DNA of 64,000 bases from Rikenellaceae bacterium (GCA_017415005.1 JAFQJK010000015.1:40084-104083), one strand, 5' to 3'. Counted from the first letter of the stretch, positions 49,772 to 59,793 are shown. Notes: a model not told the origin generated them from the sequence alone. Numbers and translations are program-made.

Positions 49772-49878
49772 CGGTTCAAAAACGCGGGACGCCGTGCGGC
49801 CGGGCAGGGGAGGGGCATGCCGGCGTGGATCGGGGAGACCTGCCCGGGCAGGATGATCGCGGGGGCGGTCGGGTGTGA
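49772..49878. repeat. direct repeat, copy 2 (107 nt)
   Basis: See copy 1. The two copies start 1004 nt apart. Confidence 0.92.
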
Positions 49879-50215
49879 GCGTGTAGCGTTGACTGTGAGC
49901 GGTTTGTCGGTCAGACGGATGAAAACGGCCGGAGGCGGTTGCGAATCCCGGGGTTTTGTGCGATCTTTATTCCCGACCCTGCTGCGGAGCTAAGTTCCGG
50001 GAGGGTGCCTGTCCCGGAGTGCGGGCCGCGGCTGTGGGGTCTCCGGGCGGTTGCCGCGGGGGACCGGGGGGATGATCGGGCGGATCGGTCCGCACGACGT
50101 CGCGGAAGGTGCCCGGGCTGTTCTCTGCACCCGTCTGACGGATTTCCGGCGGCCGGTTCGCCGAGAAGCTGCGGCATGGGTATGTCCGGTCCCGGCCTGC
50201 AAAAACACATAATTT

Positions 50216-50869
50216 ATGGAACGTATTTTCTATTATGACTCGCCGGTCGGCCCGCTGGCCATTGCCGAGAATGGAGCCGGGATCACCCGGCTGGCGTTCG
50301 CGCGGCAGCCTGTGCCGGCAACTGCCGTTACGGGCACAGCGCCTGCTGCGGCGTGGCGTGCGGGTGTCCGTCCGCTGCTGCAGCACGAGGCTTGCCGCCT
50401 GTGTGACGCGGCTGCCGGTTTCCGTCGCCTGCGGCGTCCCGGACGCCTGATGCCTGCCGCCGACCTGCCGGGCGGGCCGGGTACGGCCGACGCTCCGCGT
50501 CCGGTGCTCGACGAGACGCCGCTTCTGCGTGAGGCGCGGGACCAGCTCGATGCTTATTTTGCCGGGTCGCTCACCGCTTTCGACCTGCCGTTGGCTCCGG
50601 CGGGTACGCCTTTCCAGCAGCAGGTGTGGCGGGCGCTCTGCGCGATCCCGTACGGCGAGACGCGGACCTATGCCCAGGTGGCGGCCCGTATCGGGCTGCC
50701 CGCGGCCTGTCGGGCCGTGGGGGGTGCCAACAACCGCAACCCGATCGCCATCGTCATTCCGTGTCACCGGGTGGTCGGCGCAGGGGGGATGCTGACCGGC
50801 TACGCGGGAGGCCTCGATGTCAAGCGCTACCTGCTGGACCTGGAGGCGCAGTCGCTGTTCGGGCGGTAA
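50216..50869 (+). CDS. ogt: methylated-DNA--protein-cysteine methyltransferase (Ogt/MGMT family)
   Basis: 217 aa. N-terminal MGMT domain start (YYDSPVGPLAIAENGAGITRLAF) and a C-terminal domain with GTPFQQQVW, IPYGETRTY and the active site IPCHRVV. It contains an unusual internal low-complexity insertion. Confidence 0.88.
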   Translation: MERIFYYDSPVGPLAIAENGAGITRLAFARQPVPATAVTGTAPAAAWRAGVRPLLQHEACRLCDAAAGFRRLRRPGRLMPAADLPGGPGTADAPRPVLDETPLLREARDQLDAYFAGSLTAFDLPLAPAGTPFQQQVWRALCAIPYGETRTYAQVAARIGLPAACRAVGGANNRNPIAIVIPCHRVVGAGGMLTGYAGGLDVKRYLLDLEAQSLFGR

Positions 50870-51081
50870 GTGCGGGCTTTCGCATGCGGTGCGGTTGCGG
50901 AATCTCTCCGCAGCCGCACTGTCGTTTGAGGATGCCGGCACGGGAGCGGACCGCGGCGGAAGGTGTCGTCGCGGGGATGAAAGCGTGTCGGCTACGTGCC
51001 ATGGCCAAATACATATCGCGGCGGCGTGCGGGGATTTGGGTACAATATTTGTCACGCGTGGAGGTATTAAATATTGCTTCT

Positions 51082-52131
51082 ATGAGAACACGACACATGA
51101 TGGCGCTGGCAGCCCTGGGGGGTGCGGCGGGACTGCTCGGTCCGGCATCGGGCCTCGCGTGCACGCGGGCCGTTTACCTCGGTCCCGGCAACACGGTCAT
51201 TACCGGCCGGACGATGGACTGGAAAGAGGACCCGCAATCGAATATTTACCTTTTCCCGCGCGGAATGGAGCGGCGGGGGGCCGATACCGACAATACGGTC
51301 AGGTGGACCTCGAAGTATGGCAGCGTCGCGACGGCCGGCTACGATATCGGCATCTGCGACGGGATGAACGAGAAGGGGCTCGTGGCCAATCTGCTGTTCC
51401 TGACCGAGTCGTCGTACGAGCGGCCGGGCGATACGCGTCCCGTGATGGGGATCAGCATCTGGACCCAGTACGTGCTCGACAACTTCGCCACGGTCGACGA
51501 GGCGGTGGCCGAGCTGCGTAAGGAAGTGTTCCGCATTGATGCGCCCGGGCTGCCCAACGGGTCGGAGTCGACGCTCCACCTGGCGATTTCGGACGCCACG
51601 GGTAACAGCGCGATATTCGAGTACATCGACGGTAACCTGGTGATCCACCAGGGGCGTGAGTGCCAGGTGATGACCAACTCGCCGACCTACGACAAGCAAC
51701 AGACGCTCAACGACTACTGGCAGCAGATCGGAGGTCTGGTGATGCTGCCGGGAACGAACCGGGCGAGCGACCGCTTCGTGCGCGCCTCGTTCTATATCAA
51801 TGCGATCCCGCAGACCGCCGACCAGCGCGAAGCTGTGGCCGGGGTGTTCAGCGTGATGCGCAACGTGTCGGTGCCGCTCGGTATTTCGACGCCCGGCCAG
51901 CCCTACATCTCGTCGACGCGCTGGCGTACGGTGTCGGACCAGAAGAACCTGGTCTATTTCTTCGAGTCGACGCTCAATCCGGATATTTTCTGGATCAATT
52001 TTGCCGACCTCGACTTTTCGGCCGGGGCGCCTGAGCAGAAGCTGGCGATGACCGGGGGCGAGATCTATGCCGGCAATGCGGCGGGCGAGTTCCGTCCGGG
52101 TGAGCCGCTGCATTTTCTGTTTGACATATAA
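51082..52131 (+). CDS. secreted choloylglycine hydrolase-family (linear amide C-N hydrolase, Ntn) enzyme
   Basis: Trimmed to the ATG at 51082. The signal peptide ends in GLAC-TRAVYLG, exposing a Cys as the N-terminal nucleophile after cleavage. GRTMDW, NEKGL and later motifs fit the penicillin V acylase / bile-salt hydrolase family. Confidence 0.88.
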   Translation: MRTRHMMALAALGGAAGLLGPASGLACTRAVYLGPGNTVITGRTMDWKEDPQSNIYLFPRGMERRGADTDNTVRWTSKYGSVATAGYDIGICDGMNEKGLVANLLFLTESSYERPGDTRPVMGISIWTQYVLDNFATVDEAVAELRKEVFRIDAPGLPNGSESTLHLAISDATGNSAIFEYIDGNLVIHQGRECQVMTNSPTYDKQQTLNDYWQQIGGLVMLPGTNRASDRFVRASFYINAIPQTADQREAVAGVFSVMRNVSVPLGISTPGQPYISSTRWRTVSDQKNLVYFFESTLNPDIFWINFADLDFSAGAPEQKLAMTGGEIYAGNAAGEFRPGEPLHFLFDI

Positions 52132-52152
52132 GAGTCGATATCCGGGTGTCGG

Positions 52153-52186
52153 GCGCGCCGTGTCGGGGAGGACCCGGCGCGCTTTG
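52153..52186 (+). terminator. possible terminator after the hydrolase gene
   Basis: 8-bp GC stem gcgcgccg (52153-52160) pairs with cggcgcgc (52175-52182), followed by tttg. The T tract is weak. Confidence 0.4.
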
Positions 52187-52406
52187 CTGTGTGCAGGGCC
52201 GGTCGCGCGGGGCTGACGGCGGCCGTTTGGCCGGTTTGCTGATCCGTTTGGCGTCGCAGGGGCGTTTCCCGGGAAAATACCGGGGAGGGCAAAGACCGGT
52301 GATTGGCCGGCCCAAGGCGTTTTATGCGGTCTGAGAGGGACGGGCGGGCGGTCGGCGCCCCGGCGGCATGGCGGCGGAATCTGCCGGTATATCCGGCGGC
52401 GCGGGG

Positions 52407-53184
52407 TCACGGGCGGCCCGCTTTGAAGTTGAGCGGCCGTATCCGGTTACGGATGGCGAGCGGGGCCCGGCACGGAAGAGGGTGGCTGTCGCCATGGAAC
52501 ACGTCCTTCTTCCGTGGGGTCGCCTTCATCCGCCGCCACCTGAACCGGACGACGGACCACGGGGTGCCGGGGCCCTGGTAAGTGAGCGACGGACGGCGCA
52601 GGATGTCATTGAACATGGCACCGGCCAGCGCCGTGCCGGGGCGTTCGGGGAGCCGGGCAAAGGCCCGCGGCATGCCGCGGTACGTGCAGGCCAACGCTTC
52701 GAAGGCGCCGGCGAAGCGAAGCAGGCCGGCCTCGCCGAGGATTTCGCGCAGCGTGTCGGGATCGACATGCCGGGCATGCGCGGCGAGGAAGCGTGCCCAG
52801 TCGCACAGGTGATGTAGCGTGATACCGTAGCGAAATGCGCCGATGCGTGACGCATCAGAAAAAGTGCGTTGAAGCCGGCGGGCGGCGTGAGCACGGTCTG
52901 CGGCTGTTGATCCCGATCCGTGCGCCGGGATGCAGCGCCGGGCGCCATTGTCCGCACGGTTGGGCGGCGAGGATGTCGCGGAGCCGCTGTCCGAGCCGGC
53001 GGTCGATACGGAACCGGTCGGCCGAGAGGAAGCAGGCGTGGTTCTCGACGGTGATCCCGCGGAAAAGGAAATCGCTGTGCCGGGCGGTCGTGCGGGTTTC
53101 GACCGCGATGCCGTGGGCTGCGACCAGTCGGTTGTCCTCCTGATGGTGGCCGAAAAACCAGATGTCGATGTCGTCGCCCTCGCG
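52407..53184 (-). pseudogene. frameshifted, 5'-truncated nucleotidyltransferase-family (NTP_transf_5-like) gene remnant
   Basis: Family-like sequence is split over two frames. GDDIDIWFFGHHQEDNRLVAAHGIAVE...FRGITVENHACF lies in the frame of ORF 52855-53373. GITLHHLCDWARFLAAHARHVDPDTLREILGEAGLLRF lies in the frame of ORF 52407-53234. There is no room for the usual N-terminal region before the neighbouring ABC-2 gene. Confidence 0.6.
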
Positions 53185-53258
53185 GGTGGCGGGACGGGCG
53201 GATGGCGCGGGTGCCGTACCGGCCTGCCGGGCACGCAGGGTGTGGCGCAAAGCGGGGC

Positions 53259-54494
53259 TTAACGGGCAGACGATTTTTTTTGCTCGTGTCCGGAATCCGG
53301 CCGGAACGCGCGGCGGATGTTGTGGCGGTAAGCGAGGCAGGCGAGGACGAAGTAGACGGCGCACTGCACCCAAAGCGTGACGTACTCGGGCCGGATGTCG
53401 GCCATCGAGGCCCCCATAGAGTTGATCTTGACGAAGGCGAGCGTGCCGGGCGCGGCGGGGAACACGTAGTGCGCCGCCTGCCAGTACCAGGGCATCAGCT
53501 CGAGCGGGTACGAGACGCCCGAGAGGAAGATCAGCCCCACGGAGAAGAAGGCGATCATCAGCAGCGGGGCCTCGGAGTCGGTGAAGAATACCGAGGCGGC
53601 CAGGCCGAAGAACGAGGTGGCCACGAGATAGGGGATCATCAGCATCGCGATCTCGTAGGCGTGCCCGATGTCGGGCAGGTTGAAGACCACCGGCATCAGC
53701 CCGAGCAGGAAGACCGCGAAGAGCGCGTAGAGCATGACATAAACGAACGTCTTGCCCGCGACGATGCGCGCCAGGCGGCCCAGCGAGAGGCCTCCGGCGG
53801 CGAACCGGCGGATCGACCCGCTCCCGCGCTCGTCGCCGCTGATCATGCCGATGACCATCAGCAGCGTCTGAAAGATAATGACCATCAGTACGGCCGGGAT
53901 CAGGTAGCTGCCGTAGCCCTCGGTGTGGTTGTAAAGGGCCGTGCCCGCGACCGTGATCGCCGGGGTCTGCGTGATGGCCTGCACGTCGTCCTGCGGCAGG
54001 AAGACGACCATCTCGGGCCGGTGGCGCGCGTCGAGCTCCAGCATCGCCCCGGCCGAGGCCTCCTGCATGGCCAGGTAGAAGAGGAAGGCGTCGGTGGAGC
54101 CGTACATGACGAAGACCGACTCGTCGCCCCGGCCCACGCGCTCCTCGAAGTCATCGGGAATGTAGACGATGCCGATCACCTCGCCCTTTTTCATCAGCTC
54201 TTTCGCCTGCGGAAAGCCCGGGGCGGCGGTGTAGACGCTCGTTTGCGGCGCGGCGTCGATCAGGCGCGCGTACTCGCGGCTCAGCGCGCTCTGCGACATG
54301 TCGACCACGGCCACGGGGGCGTTGCGGATGAGGTTGGGCGCGTACATATAGTTGTAGAGCAGCCCGTAGACGAAGATGCCGCCGATGAGCACGAGCAGGA
54401 TGGCATAGCTCGTGGCGATGGTCCGCCACTCGCGGGCCACGATCGCGGCGATGTCGGCCAGGGGGCCCCGGTGTGTGTTATCGGATGTTTTCAT
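53259..54494 (-). CDS. ABC-2 type transporter permease
   Basis: 411 aa. One N-terminal TM, a large extracytoplasmic loop and a C-terminal 5-TM bundle (YhhJ/YbhS-like pattern). Confidence 0.88.
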   Translation of the reverse strand: MKTSDNTHRGPLADIAAIVAREWRTIATSYAILLVLIGGIFVYGLLYNYMYAPNLIRNAPVAVVDMSQSALSREYARLIDAAPQTSVYTAAPGFPQAKELMKKGEVIGIVYIPDDFEERVGRGDESVFVMYGSTDAFLFYLAMQEASAGAMLELDARHRPEMVVFLPQDDVQAITQTPAITVAGTALYNHTEGYGSYLIPAVLMVIIFQTLLMVIGMISGDERGSGSIRRFAAGGLSLGRLARIVAGKTFVYVMLYALFAVFLLGLMPVVFNLPDIGHAYEIAMLMIPYLVATSFFGLAASVFFTDSEAPLLMIAFFSVGLIFLSGVSYPLELMPWYWQAAHYVFPAAPGTLAFVKINSMGASMADIRPEYVTLWVQCAVYFVLACLAYRHNIRRAFRPDSGHEQKKSSAR

Positions 54495-55662
54495 AGCGGT
54501 GGCTGAGGATGGCGCGCTTGAGGCGGGGGAGCAGGAGCAGCGCGACGGCGAGGAATGCGAAGAGCGCGGCGACGTTCTGCCAGGTGTAGGCGAAGCCGTA
54601 ATCGCCGTAGAGCAGGTTCTGGTTGATCTCGACGAAATGGCGTACCGGGAAGAGGAACGAAGCGTAGTAGACCGGACCGAACATGAACGGCGCGGGGAAC
54701 GTGACGCCCGAGAGCGTGGCCCCGAGCGAGCCGACCATCGAGACGATGCTGATGATGATGCTGATGGCCGGGAAGATCGAAAAGAGGAAGACGCCGAGCG
54801 CCTGCGTGGCGACGACGAAGAGTGCCGTGGTGAGGTTGAGCGGCCAGAAGCCGCACGAGAAGGGGATGTGCATCACGCCGAACATCACGTAGTTGCCGAA
54901 GATGCCGATCAGGATGAAGATCACCGTGTAGGGCAGCAGCTTGGCCGCGACGGCCGTGAGGATGTTGCCCCGGGCTGCGGCAAGCCACGCGTCGCCGGTG
55001 CGGAACTTGATCTCGCTGCCCACGGCGTAGACCGTCACGAGCAGGATGATGACCTGGAACAGGATGAAGAAGAACGGGTTGCTCAGGTAGACCGAGTAGT
55101 CGAGGTCGGGGTTGTAGAGCGGGTGGCTCTGGGCCGTGACGGGGACCAGGAAGTTCTCGACCGCGTTCTCGCTCACCCCGAGCGCGACGGCCTCGGTGAC
55201 GATGGGGCCCATCGCGAGCGGCCGGAGCACCGTCTCGAACGCCCCGCGCACCTCGCTGCCCACGCTGAGCAGCGCATAATGGTAGTAGTAGGAGAGGGTG
55301 GCCTGCCGTCCGCCCAGCACATCGGTCTCGAAGTTCTGCGGGATCACGAGGTAACCGTATATCTTCTTCTGCTGTACGGCCTGCCGGGCCGACTGCTGGT
55401 CGGCGTAATGTTCCGTCACGGCGAACGTCGGTACGGCGCTCACGGTCCGTGTGATGTCGCGCGAGGTGGCTGTCCAGTCGAGGTCGACGACGCCGATCGG
55501 GATGCGCTCCATCTGGCCCGAGCCGAAAATGGTGGCCATGAAGAAGACGCAGAACAGCGGCAGCGCGACGCACACCCCCAGGTAGAGGGGGCGTGAGGTC
55601 ATGCGCCGCCACTCGCGCCGGAGGACGGCGCCGAAGGCGCTATGTCGCTGCGTGTCGCTCAT
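54478..55662 (-). CDS. ABC-2 type transporter permease (paralogue)
   Basis: 394 aa with the same architecture as the downstream gene, which it overlaps by 17 nt. Confidence 0.88.
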   Translation of the reverse strand: MSDTQRHSAFGAVLRREWRRMTSRPLYLGVCVALPLFCVFFMATIFGSGQMERIPIGVVDLDWTATSRDITRTVSAVPTFAVTEHYADQQSARQAVQQKKIYGYLVIPQNFETDVLGGRQATLSYYYHYALLSVGSEVRGAFETVLRPLAMGPIVTEAVALGVSENAVENFLVPVTAQSHPLYNPDLDYSVYLSNPFFFILFQVIILLVTVYAVGSEIKFRTGDAWLAAARGNILTAVAAKLLPYTVIFILIGIFGNYVMFGVMHIPFSCGFWPLNLTTALFVVATQALGVFLFSIFPAISIIISIVSMVGSLGATLSGVTFPAPFMFGPVYYASFLFPVRHFVEINQNLLYGDYGFAYTWQNVAALFAFLAVALLLLPRLKRAILSHRYENIR

Positions 55663-55666
55663 GGAC

Positions 55667-56659
55667 CTATTGTTCGTCGAGGTTTACGAGGACCGACATG
55701 CCGGGGCGAAGCCCCTCGAGGGCCGGTTCGGGGCGGGCGTGGATCTCGAAGGTGCGCAGGTCGTAGCTGCCCGTCTGCTTGGTCGAACGCCAGGTGGCGT
55801 AGCTGCCGAGCGGGCTGACGTAGTAGATGCGGAAGACGATGCCCTTGCGGTCGAGCGCCGGGACGTCGCCCCGGAACGTGCCGCCCCTCTCGAAGAGCGG
55901 CAGACGGTCTTCGCGGACGTTGAGCACCGCGTGCGCATCGCTGAGCACCACGAGGCTCATGATCGGCGTGCCGGTACCGACGAGCTCGCCCCGCCTGGGA
56001 TAGATCGTCGCGATCTGTCCGTCCTCGGGTGCCGTGAGGTGGGCGTCCTGCAGAACGGAGGTCACCTCGTCCACCGCGCCGCGCGCCGCGGCCACCAGGG
56101 CCCGGGCGCTCTCCTTGTCCTGGCGCTGAGCGCCGTCCGCGGCCATCTGGTACTGTTCGTGGGCCGCGCGCTCGGCGGCCACGGCCGATTTGTAGAGGGC
56201 CTCCACCTCGTCGCGGCGCTGCGAGGTGACCACGCTGTCGCGGTAGAGCGCCTCGATGCGGTCGTAGGTCACCTTGGCCAGGTCGAGGTCGGCCTTGGCC
56301 TTGTTCCAGAGCTGGCGCATCGACTCGACGATCTGTCGGCGCGTGCCGTCGTCGATCTTCTGGTTCTGGTAGCGGGCGATCTCCTCGAGGGCGTTGGCCT
56401 GCGTGTACTTGGCCCACGCCTCGGGGCTGTTGATGACCACCAGCGTGTCGCCCCGGCGGACGTTCTGGCCCTCGCTGACGAGGAAGGTGTCGATGCGGCC
56501 GGGCAGCTTGCCCGAAATGCGGATCTCGGTGGCCTCGACCTGACCCTGAAGGATGGTCGGCTTGTCGCGCAGCAGCGCGATGCCAACGGCCGAGACGACC
56601 GCTACGATGATGAGGATCACGATGAAGGCGATGCTCAGGTATTTTCTTGATCTGTCCAT
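55667..56659 (-). CDS. HlyD-family membrane fusion (periplasmic adaptor) protein
   Basis: 330 aa. N-terminal TM, a lipoyl-like motif (GDTLVVINSPE), a coiled-coil hairpin and a beta-barrel domain. Confidence 0.9.
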   Translation of the reverse strand: MDRSRKYLSIAFIVILIIVAVVSAVGIALLRDKPTILQGQVEATEIRISGKLPGRIDTFLVSEGQNVRRGDTLVVINSPEAWAKYTQANALEEIARYQNQKIDDGTRRQIVESMRQLWNKAKADLDLAKVTYDRIEALYRDSVVTSQRRDEVEALYKSAVAAERAAHEQYQMAADGAQRQDKESARALVAAARGAVDEVTSVLQDAHLTAPEDGQIATIYPRRGELVGTGTPIMSLVVLSDAHAVLNVREDRLPLFERGGTFRGDVPALDRKGIVFRIYYVSPLGSYATWRSTKQTGSYDLRTFEIHARPEPALEGLRPGMSVLVNLDEQ

Positions 56660-56705
56660 AGCTGTATGCGGATGGTTGTGTTTGCGGTTTGTCGGATCCG
56701 GAAGA

Positions 56706-58151
56706 TTACGGCCGGAAGATATAGTGCTCGGTGCGTCCTTCGCGGCGGTACTCGCCGAAGGTTTCGGGGATGCCGCAGGTGGCGAGCAGGGCGGCGAGCG
56801 CCACGTCGTACTGGTAGTAGGCCAGCAGTGAGGCGATCTCGGCCTTGGAGAGCATCACCTCGGCATCGACCACCTCGGTCGAGGTGGCCATCCCCTCGGC
56901 GAAGGCACGCTGGCGCATGCGCACCAGCTCGCGGCTCAGCTCGATCGTGGTACTGAGCGCCGTCACGTCGTCAAGCGCATTCTGTATCTGTGTGTAGAGC
57001 TTGTCGATGCCCACGCCGAGGTCGTCAACCGCCTTGTCGCGGGTGAGGCTCACGGTCTGCTGGGTGATGCGGGCCTGCTTGATCTTCTTCTCGCGGTTGA
57101 GGCCGTCGAAGATGTTCCAGGTCGCGCCGATGCCCACCATCGCGCGGGGCATCAGGTTCTTCTGGATGCCGTGAGAGTAGAGCGTCTGCTTGCCGAAGAG
57201 CGCGATCTCGGGCGCATAGGCCGTCTTGCCCATCTTCAGCTCGTAGCCGGCCATCTCGTTTTGCAGTTCGAGCTGGTTGACCATATAGTTGTTTTCGCCC
57301 ACGAGCGACTTGAAGTAGCTGACCGGGGGCAGCGTGTCGTGGATGAAGAGCGGCGACGAGGGGTGGATGTCGCCCGTCCCTTCGAGGCCGAGCAGCGTGC
57401 GGAGCGCGCTCTGGGCCACGCCGAGGTCTTTGCGTGCCGACTCGAGCTCGCGCCGGGCCTCGTCGCGGCTCACCTGCACGAACAGGCGGGCGGCCTTGTC
57501 GATCATGCCCTGCGCCTCGAGTTTCAGCGCGTCCTGGTAGTGTTGTTCGAGCGAGCGGAGCGTCTGCTCGCGGACCTCGACCACCTTGCGGCCGAGGCGC
57601 AGCGCGAAGTAGCTCTCGACGAGCAGGGTCTGCAGGTCGGCCTCGACCTGCCCGCGGCCCACCTCGGCGGCCTCGACCATCGTGCGGCCGATCTTGCCGG
57701 CATAGATGCGCTTGCCGCCGGCGAACAGCGGCCATGTCACGCTGGCGTCGACCGTGGCCAGACTCTGCGGGGCCAGCGGGAAACGGAGCGAGTAGGTGCC
57801 GATCTGATCGAGGATCGACGAGATGATCTGGTCGTCGGGAATGATCGAGTGGACGAAGTCCTTAGCCGGGTCGGTGAACTGGCTCAGCGGCTCGCGGACC
57901 TCGATCGGGTTGGCCATGCGGACGTAGGCGCCGCTGATGTTGACGTCGGGGTACCAGAACGAGCTGATCCGCTGCCGCTCGCTCCGGGCCCACTCGATGC
58001 TTTTGTCGGCGATCTTGAGGCTGCGGTTGTCGCGGTGGAGCAGCTCGAGCGACTGCTCGAGCGTAAGCTCCGTCGCGCCGTCCTGCGCGGCGAGCAGGCC
58101 GGGACAGAGCGCGAGGATCAGGATGAGGCAGGGGGCGTAAAGTCTGTGCAT
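56706..58151 (-). CDS. TolC-family outer-membrane efflux protein
   Basis: Trimmed to the ATG at 58149-58151 (signal MHRLYAPCLILILALCPGLLAAQ). It has the two-fold repeated coiled-coil/beta structure typical of OEP/TolC. Confidence 0.9.
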   Translation of the reverse strand: MHRLYAPCLILILALCPGLLAAQDGATELTLEQSLELLHRDNRSLKIADKSIEWARSERQRISSFWYPDVNISGAYVRMANPIEVREPLSQFTDPAKDFVHSIIPDDQIISSILDQIGTYSLRFPLAPQSLATVDASVTWPLFAGGKRIYAGKIGRTMVEAAEVGRGQVEADLQTLLVESYFALRLGRKVVEVREQTLRSLEQHYQDALKLEAQGMIDKAARLFVQVSRDEARRELESARKDLGVAQSALRTLLGLEGTGDIHPSSPLFIHDTLPPVSYFKSLVGENNYMVNQLELQNEMAGYELKMGKTAYAPEIALFGKQTLYSHGIQKNLMPRAMVGIGATWNIFDGLNREKKIKQARITQQTVSLTRDKAVDDLGVGIDKLYTQIQNALDDVTALSTTIELSRELVRMRQRAFAEGMATSTEVVDAEVMLSKAEIASLLAYYQYDVALAALLATCGIPETFGEYRREGRTEHYIFRP

Positions 58152-58344
58152 AGCGTGGCGGTTAGGTTTTTTGCGGCCATGTCTGCCCGGGACGGTTGGT
58201 TGGGCCGGGCGCGGGTGGCCGAACAGACACACAGGCAAGAATTAAGCCATTCGGGACGGCCGGTGGTGCGGAAGAGGGTCCGGGATCGTGCGGAAAAGCG
58301 GCGCGGCGCGCGGCCGGACAGCGTTTGCGATAGCGATAAATCAT

Positions 58345-58352
58345 TATCTTTG
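58345..58352 (+). promoter_or_regulatory. candidate -7 box (TATCTTTG) for the sigma-54 activator gene
   Basis: Exact TAnnTTTG match 36 nt upstream of the ATG at 58388. Confidence 0.45.
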
Positions 58353-58387
58353 CTTGCCGGGCGTCACAAAACCGGCGACTCGTGACT

Positions 58388-59728
<1,341 letters not shown>

Positions 59729-59753
59729 TCCCTGCCCGGCCTCTCATTCTGGA

Positions 59754-59793
59754 GCGGTCATTCTATCATTTTGATAGGATGACCGCTTTTTTT
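59754..59793 (+). terminator. intrinsic terminator after the activator gene
   Basis: gcggtcattctatc...gataggatgaccgc hairpin (59754-59786) followed by ttttttt. Confidence 0.85.

Noticed and set aside
49254-49856. Several 90-200-aa ORFs in all frames between 48.8 and 50.2 kb.
   Set aside because: They overlap one another, are Arg/Gly/Pro/Cys/Trp-rich and show no family motifs. Only the 84-aa frame at 49390-49644 (minus strand) looks protein-like.
48768-49878. The repeat pair as the variable and template repeats (VR/TR) of a diversity-generating retroelement, since copy 1 lies at the 3' end of a gene.
   Set aside because: There is no reverse transcriptase anywhere in the window. The mismatches between the copies are not confined to adenine positions and include an indel, and the target part is a non-domain tail.
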